A DNA stretch of 64,000 bases from Candidatus Woesebacteria bacterium (GCA_016432525.1 CP066693.1:96815-160814); one strand, 5' to 3'. Counted from the first letter of the stretch, positions 48,716-59,238 are shown. Notes: generated from the letters alone by a model not told the origin. Numbers and translations: made by a program.

Positions 48716-49471
48716 ATGTACGAAGGCCATAAAATTTCAGTTGTTCTCCCAACTTACAAAGAAAAAAAGTCCATAAGAAAAGTAATTAATAGTTTTTTTG
48801 CCACCAAATTCGTTGATGAAGTAGTTGTTGTGAACAATAACGCAGAAAAAGGAACAGACGCTGAAATCAAAAAAACCCTGCCTGCACGAGCAGGAAAAGC
48901 AAGGCTAGTTTACGAACCAATCCAAGGTTATGGACCAGCTTTTAGACGTGCCATAAAAGAAGCCAAAGGAGATTGGATAATAGTTAGCGAGCCAGATGGA
49001 ACTTTTAAAGGTAAGGATTTAGAAAGATTTTTAGTTTATGCAAAAGATTATGATGTTGTTTTGGGAACTCGCACAAGCCAGATAAGCGCTTTCTCAGGAT
49101 TTGGTATGGGAATAGTAAGAAAATTTGCAAACGTAATTGAAGCAAAAACCATAGAGGTACTTTTCAACTCTGTTGCCTTAACCGATGTAGGATGTGCCTA
49201 CAAGCTTTTTAAAAAAAGCTCGCTCAAGAAGATAATGCCCTTATGGAGTAACACTAAATCCGCCCTTTTTAATACAGAACTGGTTCTGCTAACAGTAAGC
49301 CTCAAAATTCCTTTTGTCGAAATCCCAATCACTTATCAAAAAAGAGTAGGCAAATCATCAGTAGTAGGAAACTGGTACCACGTCATCAAATGGGCAATAA
49401 TCATCCAAACTTATATTTTTTATTTTTGGATTAAATATCTTATTTTAAAGAAAGATAAACATAAGCAGTAA
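48716..49471 (+). CDS. Family 2 glycosyltransferase (dolichyl/polyprenyl-phosphate sugar synthase-like)
   Basis: 'ISVVLPTYKEKKSI' and 'VVVVNNNAEKGTD' GT2 N-terminal signatures, with C-terminal TMs. Confidence 0.7.
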   Translation: MYEGHKISVVLPTYKEKKSIRKVINSFFATKFVDEVVVVNNNAEKGTDAEIKKTLPARAGKARLVYEPIQGYGPAFRRAIKEAKGDWIIVSEPDGTFKGKDLERFLVYAKDYDVVLGTRTSQISAFSGFGMGIVRKFANVIEAKTIEVLFNSVALTDVGCAYKLFKKSSLKKIMPLWSNTKSALFNTELVLLTVSLKIPFVEIPITYQKRVGKSSVVGNWYHVIKWAIIIQTYIFYFWIKYLILKKDKHKQ

Positions 49472-50921
49472 ATCCCCCTTCAGATATCTTCTCCTTATAA
49501 TCCAAAGGAGCAACTACATTAGCTCTTGTTTCAGTAATTAGTACTTTATATTTTACTGGAGTATTAGATACTTCATCTCTCCAAAGCCAGGAAAAATTAC
49601 TATCTTCAGAGCTTCTTGCAGGTCTTTTGCCATACGCTGAAAAAAGATATCTAAAGCCCTCGTAGCCATGGCATGCTCCGGCTTCAGAAAGCTCATACGG
49701 TTCATTCCCAACCACTTCCATTACCTTATTTATTAAAACTTTCTTACTATTCACTCCATAATCCCCCCTCGCAACTAAAACAGTATAAATTCCATGCAAA
49801 ACCAAAAATAAAACAATAAAATACAAAACCGGCCTTAAATTTTTATTAAAATTAGTTAATTTTACCGAAATCGCCAAAATCATTATCGGAAAAAATCCCA
49901 AAAGATAATACTCAATTGGGTTAAATATTTTCATAAAAAGAAAAGGGATTAAAAACGCCAAACTAAAAAGCAAAATTAATCTTTTTCGCTCATCGCGCCA
50001 TACATCTTTCTTCGTAAAAAAAGATAAGAAAAAAATTAAAATCACACTACAAAAAATCAAATTGAGTTTGGTTGTAGTCGAAAGAGGATCTATTATACAA
50101 GGGTACAAAATCTCATCAGCATTATTTCTCTCTGGTTTCAAATAAAAAATACGCCCAAAAGCTTGGGCTAAATTATTAACTCTTGTACCAACGTCAACTG
50201 AAGTCTTGCTTTTCCCAAAAGTCTGAATAATCCTAAAAACCACAGTCACATTACTCGCTTTGTGAAAGTAATCAAAAAAAATTAAAGGAGATATAGTTAC
50301 CAAAAAAGAAACTATCGATAAAATGATTACTTTTTTATTTAACACTCTTTTTCTCAAATAGGCCCAATAAATCGCAACAAAAATAATCAAAAACAAAGAT
50401 AAATGAATGTGGAAAACAAATCCATACAAAATTGAGAATACAATCCACCATTTATTTGAAAACTTAGTTTTATAAAGCGCAAAAAACATCAAAAGAGACA
50501 AAAAAGAAACAGCTGGCGGATAAGGTTGCTGATCATAATAGACCAAAAGTGAAGATGACGCGTATAAAAGTGCAGCAATGAGCCCAACCTTTCGGTTAAA
50601 AAGCTTACCTCCAACAACGTATAACAAAAAACTGGTTCCAACTCCAATCAGGCTCGTCATCACACCTAAGACAAGAGGATCACCATGAGCAATAGACAGA
50701 AAAGGAGAAATTATATAAATCCAGAAAGGTCCCATATAAAAATCCAATCCCAATGCGCTCACACCAATCCAAATAATATGAAAGTGTTTAATCAAAGTTT
50801 GGGCAATATAAACTAAATACTCCTCATCAGGAGTAAAAACCATAAGTCTTGGAAGAGTTAAAAGTCTTAAGACCGCCGCAAGAGTAAGAATCAGCAAAAG
50901 CACATATTTCTTCATAAACAA
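49440..50921 (-). CDS. Polytopic membrane protein, GT-C (PMT_2/ArnT-like) glycosyltransferase candidate
   Basis: 493 aa and multi-TM. A paralogous architecture to the 43975-45567 gene. Confidence 0.5.
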   Translation of the reverse strand: MFMKKYVLLLILTLAAVLRLLTLPRLMVFTPDEEYLVYIAQTLIKHFHIIWIGVSALGLDFYMGPFWIYIISPFLSIAHGDPLVLGVMTSLIGVGTSFLLYVVGGKLFNRKVGLIAALLYASSSLLVYYDQQPYPPAVSFLSLLMFFALYKTKFSNKWWIVFSILYGFVFHIHLSLFLIIFVAIYWAYLRKRVLNKKVIILSIVSFLVTISPLIFFDYFHKASNVTVVFRIIQTFGKSKTSVDVGTRVNNLAQAFGRIFYLKPERNNADEILYPCIIDPLSTTTKLNLIFCSVILIFFLSFFTKKDVWRDERKRLILLFSLAFLIPFLFMKIFNPIEYYLLGFFPIMILAISVKLTNFNKNLRPVLYFIVLFLVLHGIYTVLVARGDYGVNSKKVLINKVMEVVGNEPYELSEAGACHGYEGFRYLFSAYGKRPARSSEDSNFSWLWRDEVSNTPVKYKVLITETRANVVAPLDYKEKISEGGFTAYVYLSLK

Positions 50922-50939
50922 AAAGATTATACCATCGCC

Positions 50940-53180
50940 CTATTTTGGAGTATTTTCCTCTTTCTTAGGTTCCTCTTTCTTAGGTTCCTCTTTCTTAGGT
51001 TCCTCTTTCTTAGGTTCCTCTTTCTTGACAGGTCCAGAACTACTTTTACCAACAACTTGAATTACAGTAGGTCTTATAACTTCAGGGGTTTTCTTTGTTG
51101 ATCCTGAAGGCAACATTTTGTTATTAGAACCACCAGAAGGAGCTTTATTAGTTGTCGCTGAAGGATTAGATGTTGCAGGAGCAGTCGTAGATGTAGGTGT
51201 TATTGTAGATTTAGGTGTAGAAGCCTCTTCACCATGCAAAACTATGTTATCTCCTGGCTTAATATTACTTAAACCAACTGTCGTATCTTGGCCTCTAATT
51301 TTTGTATCAGGAGATATATCCACCTGAGCAGGAACACCATTAGTAGAAACAACAATTGTTTTATCCCTTTGATTTACTTTAATAACGGTAGCAGGAATTG
51401 GTGCCGCAAATCTTTTAGGTAACTTAGTCAAAACAAAAGTTGGTACAACCTCTCCACGATTTTCATTTCCAACTAAAGCAATGGTAGTTCCAACTGGAAT
51501 TGAAGATGTATTTGAAACACTTACTTGAGTCTGTCCTTCTTCCCTCATTTTAACTTCGACATTGGGGACAGTAAGTTGATCTCCTGTTGCAGTCTTTACT
51601 ACCAGATTATTATTTGAGCTACTCACAATCTGTCCAACTACTGGTTTTTGGTTAATATTAGTTACTGTCACAGCTTGGGTGACATTAGGTTCAACATTTT
51701 TCAAAGTATTTCTCGCCTGGTCAGCAATCTTCTTAATTACAACAGCCTTCTGCTCATTATCAGTCGATTTTAACTCGCTTGATAAAAGCGAAAAACGTGT
51801 TTCCGAAACTTGCTGAATATCAGTTTGCAGATCTTGAGATTTAGAAACAACAGGATCTTTGGCAACCTTAGCCAAATCATTGTCAATATCCTCAAGAAGC
51901 ATCTGTGCCTCAATCTTTTTCCCTCTTATCGACAAGTCTTCTACTTCGGCTAGTTTTAGTTTTAACTCTTCCACTTTATAGTTAACTTTAAATTTCGAAC
52001 CAATGATTAATGGCTCTGTTATTTTCTGCCAAATATCAACAAAGAAATGAAGTTTGGAATCAGAAGTTATTACTACCTTTGGAAGTTCAGAAGAACCAAG
52101 GCTTAACGACAAATCACTTGCTTTTATTCCTAAGTCAGATGCAGTAATCGGAGGCGCAACAATATTACTACTAGATTGCTCTGCAAGTACCAAACTATTT
52201 TCCTCAAAATTCGCAAGCATGGGATCAACAGGCTGTTCATTTGGCCAATTAGCACTACTTATAGGGTTTGTTTTTATCACAGATCCAACCAAAGACAAAT
52301 CTTTCAGATAAATAAGCTGTGACAGATGGGCAATTACATTCGGGTCACCTATATTGCTAAATATACTTAATACGTATCGTTTGTTAGGTGTAACAACAAT
52401 TCCCCCATCGTGATAAAGAGGATCCAAATCCCCTGTTTTATGCGCAACAACTGTGTCAGTTGGTAAAAGGAGAGGAATCATATTGTTAAGCTTCTGTTGC
52501 GAAAGAATATCGAAAAGTCCATTAGATCCAGGAATTCTATTACCATTAATCAAAATAAAAGCAGTTTGATAATCATCTGATGTTGTAGTGTTGCTTCCAT
52601 AGCCTGGAACACTATATTCCAATTGTTGTTGGTTATCATCCAAATTTAGCTTAGAACCTATATTAGTATTTATAAGTCCTAAATCATGTACATATTTTGT
52701 AACTTCCCTTCTATCTAAAACATCCAAAAGAGTATTAAACGCAGTATTGTCGCTTTGCACAATCATTTGTTGAATGACTCTATAAAGACTAACCGTATCT
52801 CCAGTCTGAAGCGAGGGAAGCGCACCAGGAGCTTGCTCACTAGGTGCTACATTTTTTGCATCGATTGTAATTTGTTGATCAAGACTCAATTTTCCATTTC
52901 CCGCCTGATCATATGCATACATTGCAACATAAAGTTTTATAGTGCTTGCAGGTATCCACTGCTTATCGCTATTTATAGTAATATTGTTATCCGTATTCCC
53001 ATCAAAATAATTTAGACTAACTTTATTTAAATAATTTCTTACAGCAAGATCAGCATAAACCATATCAGCCAAAGTCAAATTCTCAGATTTTTCAGCACTT
53101 ACAACAAGTCCAGGGTTTCCTAAAAATAAAATTGAAGCAATAAAAGCAAGAGAAAAAAGTTTAACTCTTAAATGAATCAT
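50940..53180 (-). CDS. Secreted serine hydrolase with class A beta-lactamase / DD-carboxypeptidase-like domain, long beta-rich extension and C-terminal KKEEP repeats
   Basis: 'ASTIKL' (SxxK) and 'SDN' motifs in the N-terminal domain. C-terminal '(KKEEP)x5'. Confidence 0.55.
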   Translation of the reverse strand: MIHLRVKLFSLAFIASILFLGNPGLVVSAEKSENLTLADMVYADLAVRNYLNKVSLNYFDGNTDNNITINSDKQWIPASTIKLYVAMYAYDQAGNGKLSLDQQITIDAKNVAPSEQAPGALPSLQTGDTVSLYRVIQQMIVQSDNTAFNTLLDVLDRREVTKYVHDLGLINTNIGSKLNLDDNQQQLEYSVPGYGSNTTTSDDYQTAFILINGNRIPGSNGLFDILSQQKLNNMIPLLLPTDTVVAHKTGDLDPLYHDGGIVVTPNKRYVLSIFSNIGDPNVIAHLSQLIYLKDLSLVGSVIKTNPISSANWPNEQPVDPMLANFEENSLVLAEQSSSNIVAPPITASDLGIKASDLSLSLGSSELPKVVITSDSKLHFFVDIWQKITEPLIIGSKFKVNYKVEELKLKLAEVEDLSIRGKKIEAQMLLEDIDNDLAKVAKDPVVSKSQDLQTDIQQVSETRFSLLSSELKSTDNEQKAVVIKKIADQARNTLKNVEPNVTQAVTVTNINQKPVVGQIVSSSNNNLVVKTATGDQLTVPNVEVKMREEGQTQVSVSNTSSIPVGTTIALVGNENRGEVVPTFVLTKLPKRFAAPIPATVIKVNQRDKTIVVSTNGVPAQVDISPDTKIRGQDTTVGLSNIKPGDNIVLHGEEASTPKSTITPTSTTAPATSNPSATTNKAPSGGSNNKMLPSGSTKKTPEVIRPTVIQVVGKSSSGPVKKEEPKKEEPKKEEPKKEEPKKEENTPK
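50956..51027. repeat. 15-nt tandem repeat (tcctctttcttaggt) x ~4.8, coding (KKEEP)n on the minus strand
   Basis: Perfect tandem copies read directly. Confidence 0.8.
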
Positions 53181-53255
53181 TCTTTTATCCTACAATACAA
53201 AACAAATAATTCGCAACCTCCCAAAGACTATACCCCCAATCTTTTCCATAATACT

Positions 53256-53777
53256 TTAGGATTTTTTACCAACTAATTTTATGACTTCTCGCATAAATGC
53301 GGGTAAATCTGCAGGCCAACGAGAAGTTACTAAATTTCCATCAACAACCACTTCTTTATCTTCCCAAACACCACCTGCCTCTTTGACACTCTCAGGCACT
53401 CCATCACAAGTTAAATGTTTTCCTCTAATAACACCTGCATCTGCAAGTGTCCACGGACCATGGCAGACTGAAGCAACAGGTTTGTTCTTGGCAAAAAATG
53501 ATTTTGTTATCTCACACGCTTTTTTGTTTTTGCGTACAGTCATCGGTGCCCCGTCAGGTGATCCTCCAGGGATAACAAGTAAATCATATTTATCAGGGTC
53601 AACCTTTTCAATTGTAATATCCGGCATCAGCTCGCCATAACCAAACTCTCCATGAATTGCTTCTTTTTTTGGAGCAGCAACATCTACATGCCATCCTGCC
53701 TCCAGTAGACGAAACAATGGGTACATCACTTCCATATCTTCAAACTTATCTGCGGTAATAATCACAGCCCTTTTCAT
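53256..53777 (-). CDS. DJ-1/PfpI-family protein
   Basis: 'LLVIPGG' and the nucleophile elbow 'ASVCHGP'. Start at internal Met (MKRAVII). Confidence 0.8.
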   Translation of the reverse strand: MKRAVIITADKFEDMEVMYPLFRLLEAGWHVDVAAPKKEAIHGEFGYGELMPDITIEKVDPDKYDLLVIPGGSPDGAPMTVRKNKKACEITKSFFAKNKPVASVCHGPWTLADAGVIRGKHLTCDGVPESVKEAGGVWEDKEVVVDGNLVTSRWPADLPAFMREVIKLVGKKS

Positions 53778-53889
53778 ATATATGTACGATACAGGATTGC
53801 AAACAAGAGAACAATTAACAAAAAACACAAAGTTTATAAATTTATTTTCGCTCTTTTGGCTTCATTCATTTTGCTCTTGCTACCATCAT

Positions 53890-54438
53890 TTACGTCGGAT
53901 CAAGAAGCACCCAATTTTTTGATACATAGGGTTCGGAACATAGGTTACGGTTAAAACAACAAGGGCGTCTCTTTCCTTTGTTGAGTTTGTCAAGCGCAAC
54001 TTCTATATGCTTTTTGCGAGTCTCCGGTGTTTTGACAGCGCGTATCCAGCGAATCCAATCCCAACGGGCAAGTGGGGTAATATCCTTCCATAAAGCCTCT
54101 GCTTTTGGGGAAGTTGCCAAAGCTTTTTTTAGATCTTCAGGAACTTCCGGCTCTATCCATTCTTTGGTCGGTTCAAGCGAAACTTGTACCGTATTGCCTA
54201 CCTTTACGGATGCGTCATCAAGCAACTTTTTGTCAGGTCTAAACCAATGGCTCGATCTTTGCCCTGGTGCATACCTCCCATCCGGTTCGAGCAAGGCATC
54301 AAAAGGAGCGCCATTGATAGTCCCTAAAACCATTGTCATACCTCTTGATGGAAGCTCTGCAGAGGCACTCTCAGGTAGTCTGAGAATAGTCCAGGAGTTG
54401 ATTTTAAAAAGCTTAGTTTCAAAACGAATTTTCGACAT
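53890..54438 (-). CDS. DUF1905/YdeI-like domain protein (hypothetical)
   Basis: 182 aa. Locally higher GC. Family call tentative. Confidence 0.45.
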   Translation of the reverse strand: MSKIRFETKLFKINSWTILRLPESASAELPSRGMTMVLGTINGAPFDALLEPDGRYAPGQRSSHWFRPDKKLLDDASVKVGNTVQVSLEPTKEWIEPEVPEDLKKALATSPKAEALWKDITPLARWDWIRWIRAVKTPETRKKHIEVALDKLNKGKRRPCCFNRNLCSEPYVSKNWVLLDPT

Positions 54439-54460
54439 GGGTATATTTTAACAAATCTTC

Positions 54461-54934
54461 TTAATCACAAAAATTTGGTTTTAGAATGGAGTCCGGGAAA
54501 CCATATTTCTGACGCATTTTATTACAGTCAACATTTCCATTACCATCAAAAACAACATTCCAACCATTACCTAAGACAGCTAACCACATTCCACCTTCAC
54601 CTGGCCCACCCTGTCCAAACAAAACACTACCAGAAGCAAATCCTCGTACTTCTTTTGTAACAGTTACATCCACTTCGGAGATTGGTCTATTATATTTAGT
54701 CGCAAGAATTGTCTGTATTGCATGCTGTGTATCCTTTTCTTCTCCACAGCCTGTTTGAGGCATTGGCTTACTTGGCTTTCCGTGTTTTACCCATTGGCCA
54801 TTGGAACAAATCCAAGTATCTTCTCCCCCACCAATCAAAGATTTTCCAATAACAATTAATCCAAAAGCAATAAGAAACAATAGTCGATAGCCCCTTCGTT
54901 CGAACCCTCGATTCAGACCGATGTGACGGGACAA
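54461..54934 (-). CDS. Hypothetical secreted protein
   Basis: N-terminal TM/signal. 157 aa. Confidence 0.4.
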   Translation of the reverse strand: MSRHIGLNRGFERRGYRLLFLIAFGLIVIGKSLIGGGEDTWICSNGQWVKHGKPSKPMPQTGCGEEKDTQHAIQTILATKYNRPISEVDVTVTKEVRGFASGSVLFGQGGPGEGGMWLAVLGNGWNVVFDGNGNVDCNKMRQKYGFPDSILKPNFCD

Positions 54935-54967
54935 TTAGAGGACTACTGGACTGAAAATCCAACTCTG

Positions 54968-55252
54968 CTCCCCCGGTAGGATTCGAACCTACGACCTTAT
55001 CCTTACTCGTACCCCGAAATTTCTTTCGGACGCGGAACTATATCTTACCCATATCATTTTTGATTTAGGGCCCGAGTGCATAGTTTCTGAACCTTCCATA
55101 AATCGTATTCATTCAGATTTATGGCTCGGCTGCGGGTCACCTTGCCAAAAAAGCGAGGGCTTCACGCAATTCTCACGGTTTACATCCTACAGTTTCCTGT
55201 AAGAGCTGCTAAGGAATCACAGGGATCCGCTCTACCGCTGAGCTACAGGGGA
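54968..55252 (-). tRNA. tRNA-Asn(GUU)-like gene interrupted by a group I intron (exon1 55219-55252, exon2 54968-55005)
   Basis: Spliced sequence UCCCCUG-UA-GCUC-AGCGGUA-GAGC-G-GAUCC-CUGU|UAA-GGAUA-AGGUC-GUAGG-UUCGAAU-CCUAC-CGGGGGA-G. U1-A72 and G73 match bacterial tRNA-Asn. The anticodon GUU is split between U35 and U36. Confidence 0.7.
55006..55218 (-). ncRNA. Group I intron (213 nt, no ORF)
   Basis: IGS 5'-UCCUUAGCAG pairs with the 3' exon UAAGGA (P10) and the 5' exon CUGU (P1, U-G at the splice site). Core elements P 'GAAUUGCGUGAA', Q 'CCGCAGCC', R 'GUUCAGAAACUA' and S 'AAGAUAUAGUUCC'. Terminal G precedes the 3' exon. Confidence 0.75.
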
Positions 55253-55462
55253 ATATAAAAGAACAGCCAATTATATCAAATCTCTTATGGCTTTGGAAGC
55301 TTAATTCTACCTCCATGGATTTCTCTATGACAATTGCACAAACTTCTAGTTAAACTTCTCGTGGACAAATCAAACTCCTTAGTTTTTTCGTCAATAGTGT
55401 TATACTTAGCTCTATCTTTATACATTCGGGTTTCTTTTGGCACTAGCTAATTTCTATACAAA

Positions 55463-56347
55463 TCAAAACCCATAAGCAGAAAGTGCGGCATTCCCCACTC
55501 TCACACGAGGCAGAATAAACCTTTGTTTCTTGCAAAGAGTCGACCCAGGTCGTGTTGTAAAAGCAAGCTTATACCCAGACTGTCCCAAAAAAGACACTGC
55601 AAAATCACTTGGATTTCCGTAAGGATAAGCAAAAATCTTTGATTGATTTAATCCTTTATCTGATAATTGGCTATCAGCTGTACTAATCTCTTTAGAAACA
55701 ATATCCTTGGCAACCGATACACTTTTATGACTCCAAGTATGATTTGCAAAATAAATAAAACCAGAGTTTGCCATCTCAGAAATCTGATCCCAAGTCAAAT
55801 ATCCATTATTTTGCACCAATCCAGTAGGTGTGAAAACAGTTGCATGAAATCCTAAATTTTTTAAAAGAGGATAAGCATTCACATAAAAATCTACATATGC
55901 ATCGTCAAATGTCAAAAGAACTGATTTGGCCGGAGGGCTAATTCCTTGATCAAAAAAGTTCACTATTTGATCAGGAGTTATTGTTATATAGCCATGATCC
56001 TTCAAATACTGTAAATGGGTGACAAAAAAACTTGTAGTTACGTTTAAAGCAGTAAATCCACCAGCTTTTGCAACATCAGCATTTTCAATATGATGATACA
56101 TAATTGTCGGCAAATAAATGCAAGGTCCATAAAAGTTATTTAATTCTTTAAAACTCAATGGCTTTGCAGTTGGAGTAGGAGTTGGATTTATATAAGATTT
56201 TGGATAAACTATTGGAGTAGCCGATGGAATCGGACTTCTTACAGGATTTTCTAAAAGATTAAAATCGCGAATTTTCAAAGCTTCTAGGCTAACCACCAGG
56301 CCTATTACCACAAAAAACGCCAAAATAAATATCAGAGTTTTTCTCAT
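55463..56347 (-). CDS. Polysaccharide deacetylase (CE4/NodB-homology)
   Basis: 'LLTFDDAYVDF' and 'FHATVF...HTWSHK' NodB motifs, with an N-terminal TM. Confidence 0.75.
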   Translation of the reverse strand: MRKTLIFILAFFVVIGLVVSLEALKIRDFNLLENPVRSPIPSATPIVYPKSYINPTPTPTAKPLSFKELNNFYGPCIYLPTIMYHHIENADVAKAGGFTALNVTTSFFVTHLQYLKDHGYITITPDQIVNFFDQGISPPAKSVLLTFDDAYVDFYVNAYPLLKNLGFHATVFTPTGLVQNNGYLTWDQISEMANSGFIYFANHTWSHKSVSVAKDIVSKEISTADSQLSDKGLNQSKIFAYPYGNPSDFAVSFLGQSGYKLAFTTRPGSTLCKKQRFILPRVRVGNAALSAYGF

Positions 56348-56370
56348 AAAAAAATTTTAAACTAAAATAA

Positions 56371-57462
56371 TTACTCCAGATAGTCCTGAAGTTTCTTACG
56401 TCTCGAAGGGTGCCTCAACTTTCTTAAGGCTTTTGCTTCAATTTGTCTGATTCTTTCACGAGTTACTCCAAATACTTTTCCAACTTCTTCCAAGGTTCTT
56501 GGAAGGCCTCCATCAAGCCCAAACCGTAAACTCAAAACTTTGGCCTCCCTTTCAGAAAGAGTTGATAAAACCTCCTCCAAATGGTCTTTCAAAAGCTGTT
56601 TTGATGCTGCATCAACTGGTGATGGCTGAGATTCATCAGGAATAAAATCTCCCAAAAAACTTTCTTCCTCTTCTCCAACTGGTGCCTCAAGCGATGTTGT
56701 CTCCTGGGAAATTTTAAATATCTCACGAATTCTATCTCCAGAAAGTTCAAGTTCAGCTCCAATCTCCTCAGGTGTTGGCTCTCGCCCAAGCTCCTGCATT
56801 AATCTCTGAGAAGTTCTGTAAAGCTTATTTATAGTCTCAACCATATGCACAGGAATACGTATGGTCCGAGCCTGGTCAGCAATAGCTCGAGTAATTGCCT
56901 GTCTAATCCACCATGTCGCATATGTTGAAAATTTATAACCTCTTCTCCAGTCATATTTTTCAACAGCTCGTATAAGTCCCTGATTTCCCTCTTGGATAAG
57001 ATCCAAAAGTGAAAGTCCTCGCCCAATATACTTTTTGGCAATGGATACAACTAAACGAAGATTTGACTCAATAAGTTTATCTTTAGCTCTTCTATCGTTT
57101 TTCTCAAATCTTTTTGCGTATTCAACTTCCTCTTCAGCGTCCAGAAGAGGAAATCTTCCAATTTCTCTTAAATATTGGCGAACAGGGTCCGTTGACTCAG
57201 ATCCTTCAAGTTTGGAAAGTATTTCAATCTCCTGTTCAATATGTGAAGCTTCCCTTCCTTCTTCAAGCTCTTCAGTAGTCACCGACTCGAAAACATCAAT
57301 TCCTTCTGCAAGTAACTCTTCATAAAGGTTATCAAGCTCGATTATTCTTTTTTCAGCATCAAAAAATACTTCTAAAATTTCATCCTGTGTCAAAAAACCT
57401 TGTTCGCGGGCTTTTTTAAGAAGATCTTGTGTGGCTTTTCTAAACATAAATAACCCTGTCAA
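56371..57462 (-). CDS. rpoD: RNA polymerase sigma-70 factor
   Basis: Regions 1.2 through 4 are present ('[13 protein letters not shown]', '[17 protein letters not shown]', '[20 protein letters not shown]'). Confidence 0.9.
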   Translation of the reverse strand: MTGLFMFRKATQDLLKKAREQGFLTQDEILEVFFDAEKRIIELDNLYEELLAEGIDVFESVTTEELEEGREASHIEQEIEILSKLEGSESTDPVRQYLREIGRFPLLDAEEEVEYAKRFEKNDRRAKDKLIESNLRLVVSIAKKYIGRGLSLLDLIQEGNQGLIRAVEKYDWRRGYKFSTYATWWIRQAITRAIADQARTIRIPVHMVETINKLYRTSQRLMQELGREPTPEEIGAELELSGDRIREIFKISQETTSLEAPVGEEEESFLGDFIPDESQPSPVDAASKQLLKDHLEEVLSTLSEREAKVLSLRFGLDGGLPRTLEEVGKVFGVTRERIRQIEAKALRKLRHPSRRKKLQDYLE

Positions 57463-57492
57463 GAGAAAGGGTGTTTAAATTATAACCAATTT

Positions 57493-59238
57493 TTAGCCTA
57501 AATCAAGTGCTGAATATTTTTTTGTCAATAGGGCATATTTTTCCAACGCCTCGCTCTTCACCTTTTCATCATCTGTCTTTTCAAGCTTTGATATTAGCTT
57601 TTGCAAATCTCTTAGTTCTAACTTAACTATCTCTAAAACTATACTTTTCGAATCCTTCAAGCTCTCTTTTTCCGCTGATGCAGTCAAAATTATATTAGAA
57701 AAACCCTCGAAAAGCTCAGTAGGAAGATTCCTCGAAAAAGGCATTATTTCAAATTTCTTATTTTTCTTTAAATAGCCTTCAATCTCTCCAATAATTTGTA
57801 TATGCAAAGGCTTTTTAAACAGCTCTCTTATGTCCCCAGTAAGTATTAATTTAGGATCATGGTTAATATAAATTCTCAAAAGTCTTCTCTCTAAAATATC
57901 CCGCATTTCCTCCACTTCCTTTTTTGTAGTATTCTCAATGCTTTTTACCGTTTTACTTTTCTCATAATTCTCTATTTGTTCAAATACACTCTCCTCCGAA
58001 ACTCCAAGTTTTTCTGAAACTTTCCTTACGTAATGATCTTGAACAATTTTATCCGAAATTTCCGATAAAATTGGAACAATCTTTCTACTTAATTTACTTT
58101 TTCCAGAACCGCTTTGAAACTCAGTTGATTCAAATGCCAAACCAATTACAAAATCCCAAACTCCATAAGCTTTCGTTAAACTTCTCTTAAAGTAGGCAAT
58201 ATCTCCCCTGGCCGCTTCATCTGGATCTTTATATTTTGAAAACCTGGCAACTTTTATATCAACTCCTGTCTCAGTTATTGCCTTTATTCCACGCATTGCA
58301 GCCTCATTTCCAGCCCAATCAGAATCAAGTGCCAAAATAACTTCGTTTCCCATTCTTGCTAAAATTTTCCCTTGTTCAACCGTCAATGCCGACCCTTTTA
58401 TAGCAACAACATTTGTAATTCCCCTCTGCCACAAAGATATTAAATCAAGCTCACCCTCAGTAACTATTGCGCATTTAGCCTTTCTGATATCATTTTTTGT
58501 AATATTCACTCCATATAAAGAGCTACTTTTGTGATATGCAATAGTCTCAGGAGAATTAATATACTTGCCCATTCGCCCATTATCATATTCAGGTAAAATT
58601 CTTCCCGAAAGTCCGATAAAATTTCCCCTTAAATCATTTATTGGAAAAATTACTCTTCCGCCAAATCTATCAAAAAAACCCGATCTTCCGGAAATCAAAA
58701 GTCCCGTCTTTTCAATATCTGAAACATCTAACTTTTTTCTTTTTATTAAAAACTCACTTAAAACTCTGCCTTGCGGCGCAAAACCAACCATAAAAGTTTT
58801 TAAACTCTTCTCATTTATTTCTCTTTTTTCAGTAAGATAAGCCAAAGCTTTTTTCCCAACCGGATGGTTTAAAAGCAAAAATTGATAAAATTTTGAGGCT
58901 AACTCATTTATTTTATAAACTTTTTCTTTGTCTGAAACAATCCCCGCCTCTCTTCTTTCAAGTTTAACGCCCGCTTTTTCAGCTAAAAATTTTAATGCTT
59001 CGTAAAATTCCATTCCCTCATATTTTTCTAGAAACGAAAAAACATCTCCCGATTCCCCACATCCAAAACACTTAAAAATTTGAAGTTCGGCCGATACTAT
59101 AAAAGAAGGAGTCTTCTCACTATGAAACGGACAAAGTCCTTTGTAATGTCTTCCAGCTTTGGTTAAGGAAACATACGAAGAAATCAAAGCCACAATATCA
59201 ATTTTCTCTTTAATTTCGCCAATTTGATCTCTTGCCAT
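57493..59238 (-). CDS. dnaG: DNA primase
   Basis: Zinc ribbon 'CPFHSEKTPSF...CFGCG' followed by TOPRIM 'EGELD'. Confidence 0.9.
   Translation of the reverse strand: MARDQIGEIKEKIDIVALISSYVSLTKAGRHYKGLCPFHSEKTPSFIVSAELQIFKCFGCGESGDVFSFLEKYEGMEFYEALKFLAEKAGVKLERREAGIVSDKEKVYKINELASKFYQFLLLNHPVGKKALAYLTEKREINEKSLKTFMVGFAPQGRVLSEFLIKRKKLDVSDIEKTGLLISGRSGFFDRFGGRVIFPINDLRGNFIGLSGRILPEYDNGRMGKYINSPETIAYHKSSSLYGVNITKNDIRKAKCAIVTEGELDLISLWQRGITNVVAIKGSALTVEQGKILARMGNEVILALDSDWAGNEAAMRGIKAITETGVDIKVARFSKYKDPDEAARGDIAYFKRSLTKAYGVWDFVIGLAFESTEFQSGSGKSKLSRKIVPILSEISDKIVQDHYVRKVSEKLGVSEESVFEQIENYEKSKTVKSIENTTKKEVEEMRDILERRLLRIYINHDPKLILTGDIRELFKKPLHIQIIGEIEGYLKKNKKFEIMPFSRNLPTELFEGFSNIILTASAEKESLKDSKSIVLEIVKLELRDLQKLISKLEKTDDEKVKSEALEKYALLTKKYSALDLG

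Noticed and set aside
50940-51030. Possible CRISPR-like or minisatellite repeat
   Set aside because: These are perfect 15-nt tandem copies with no spacers, and they are in frame within a coding sequence as a KKEEP repeat.
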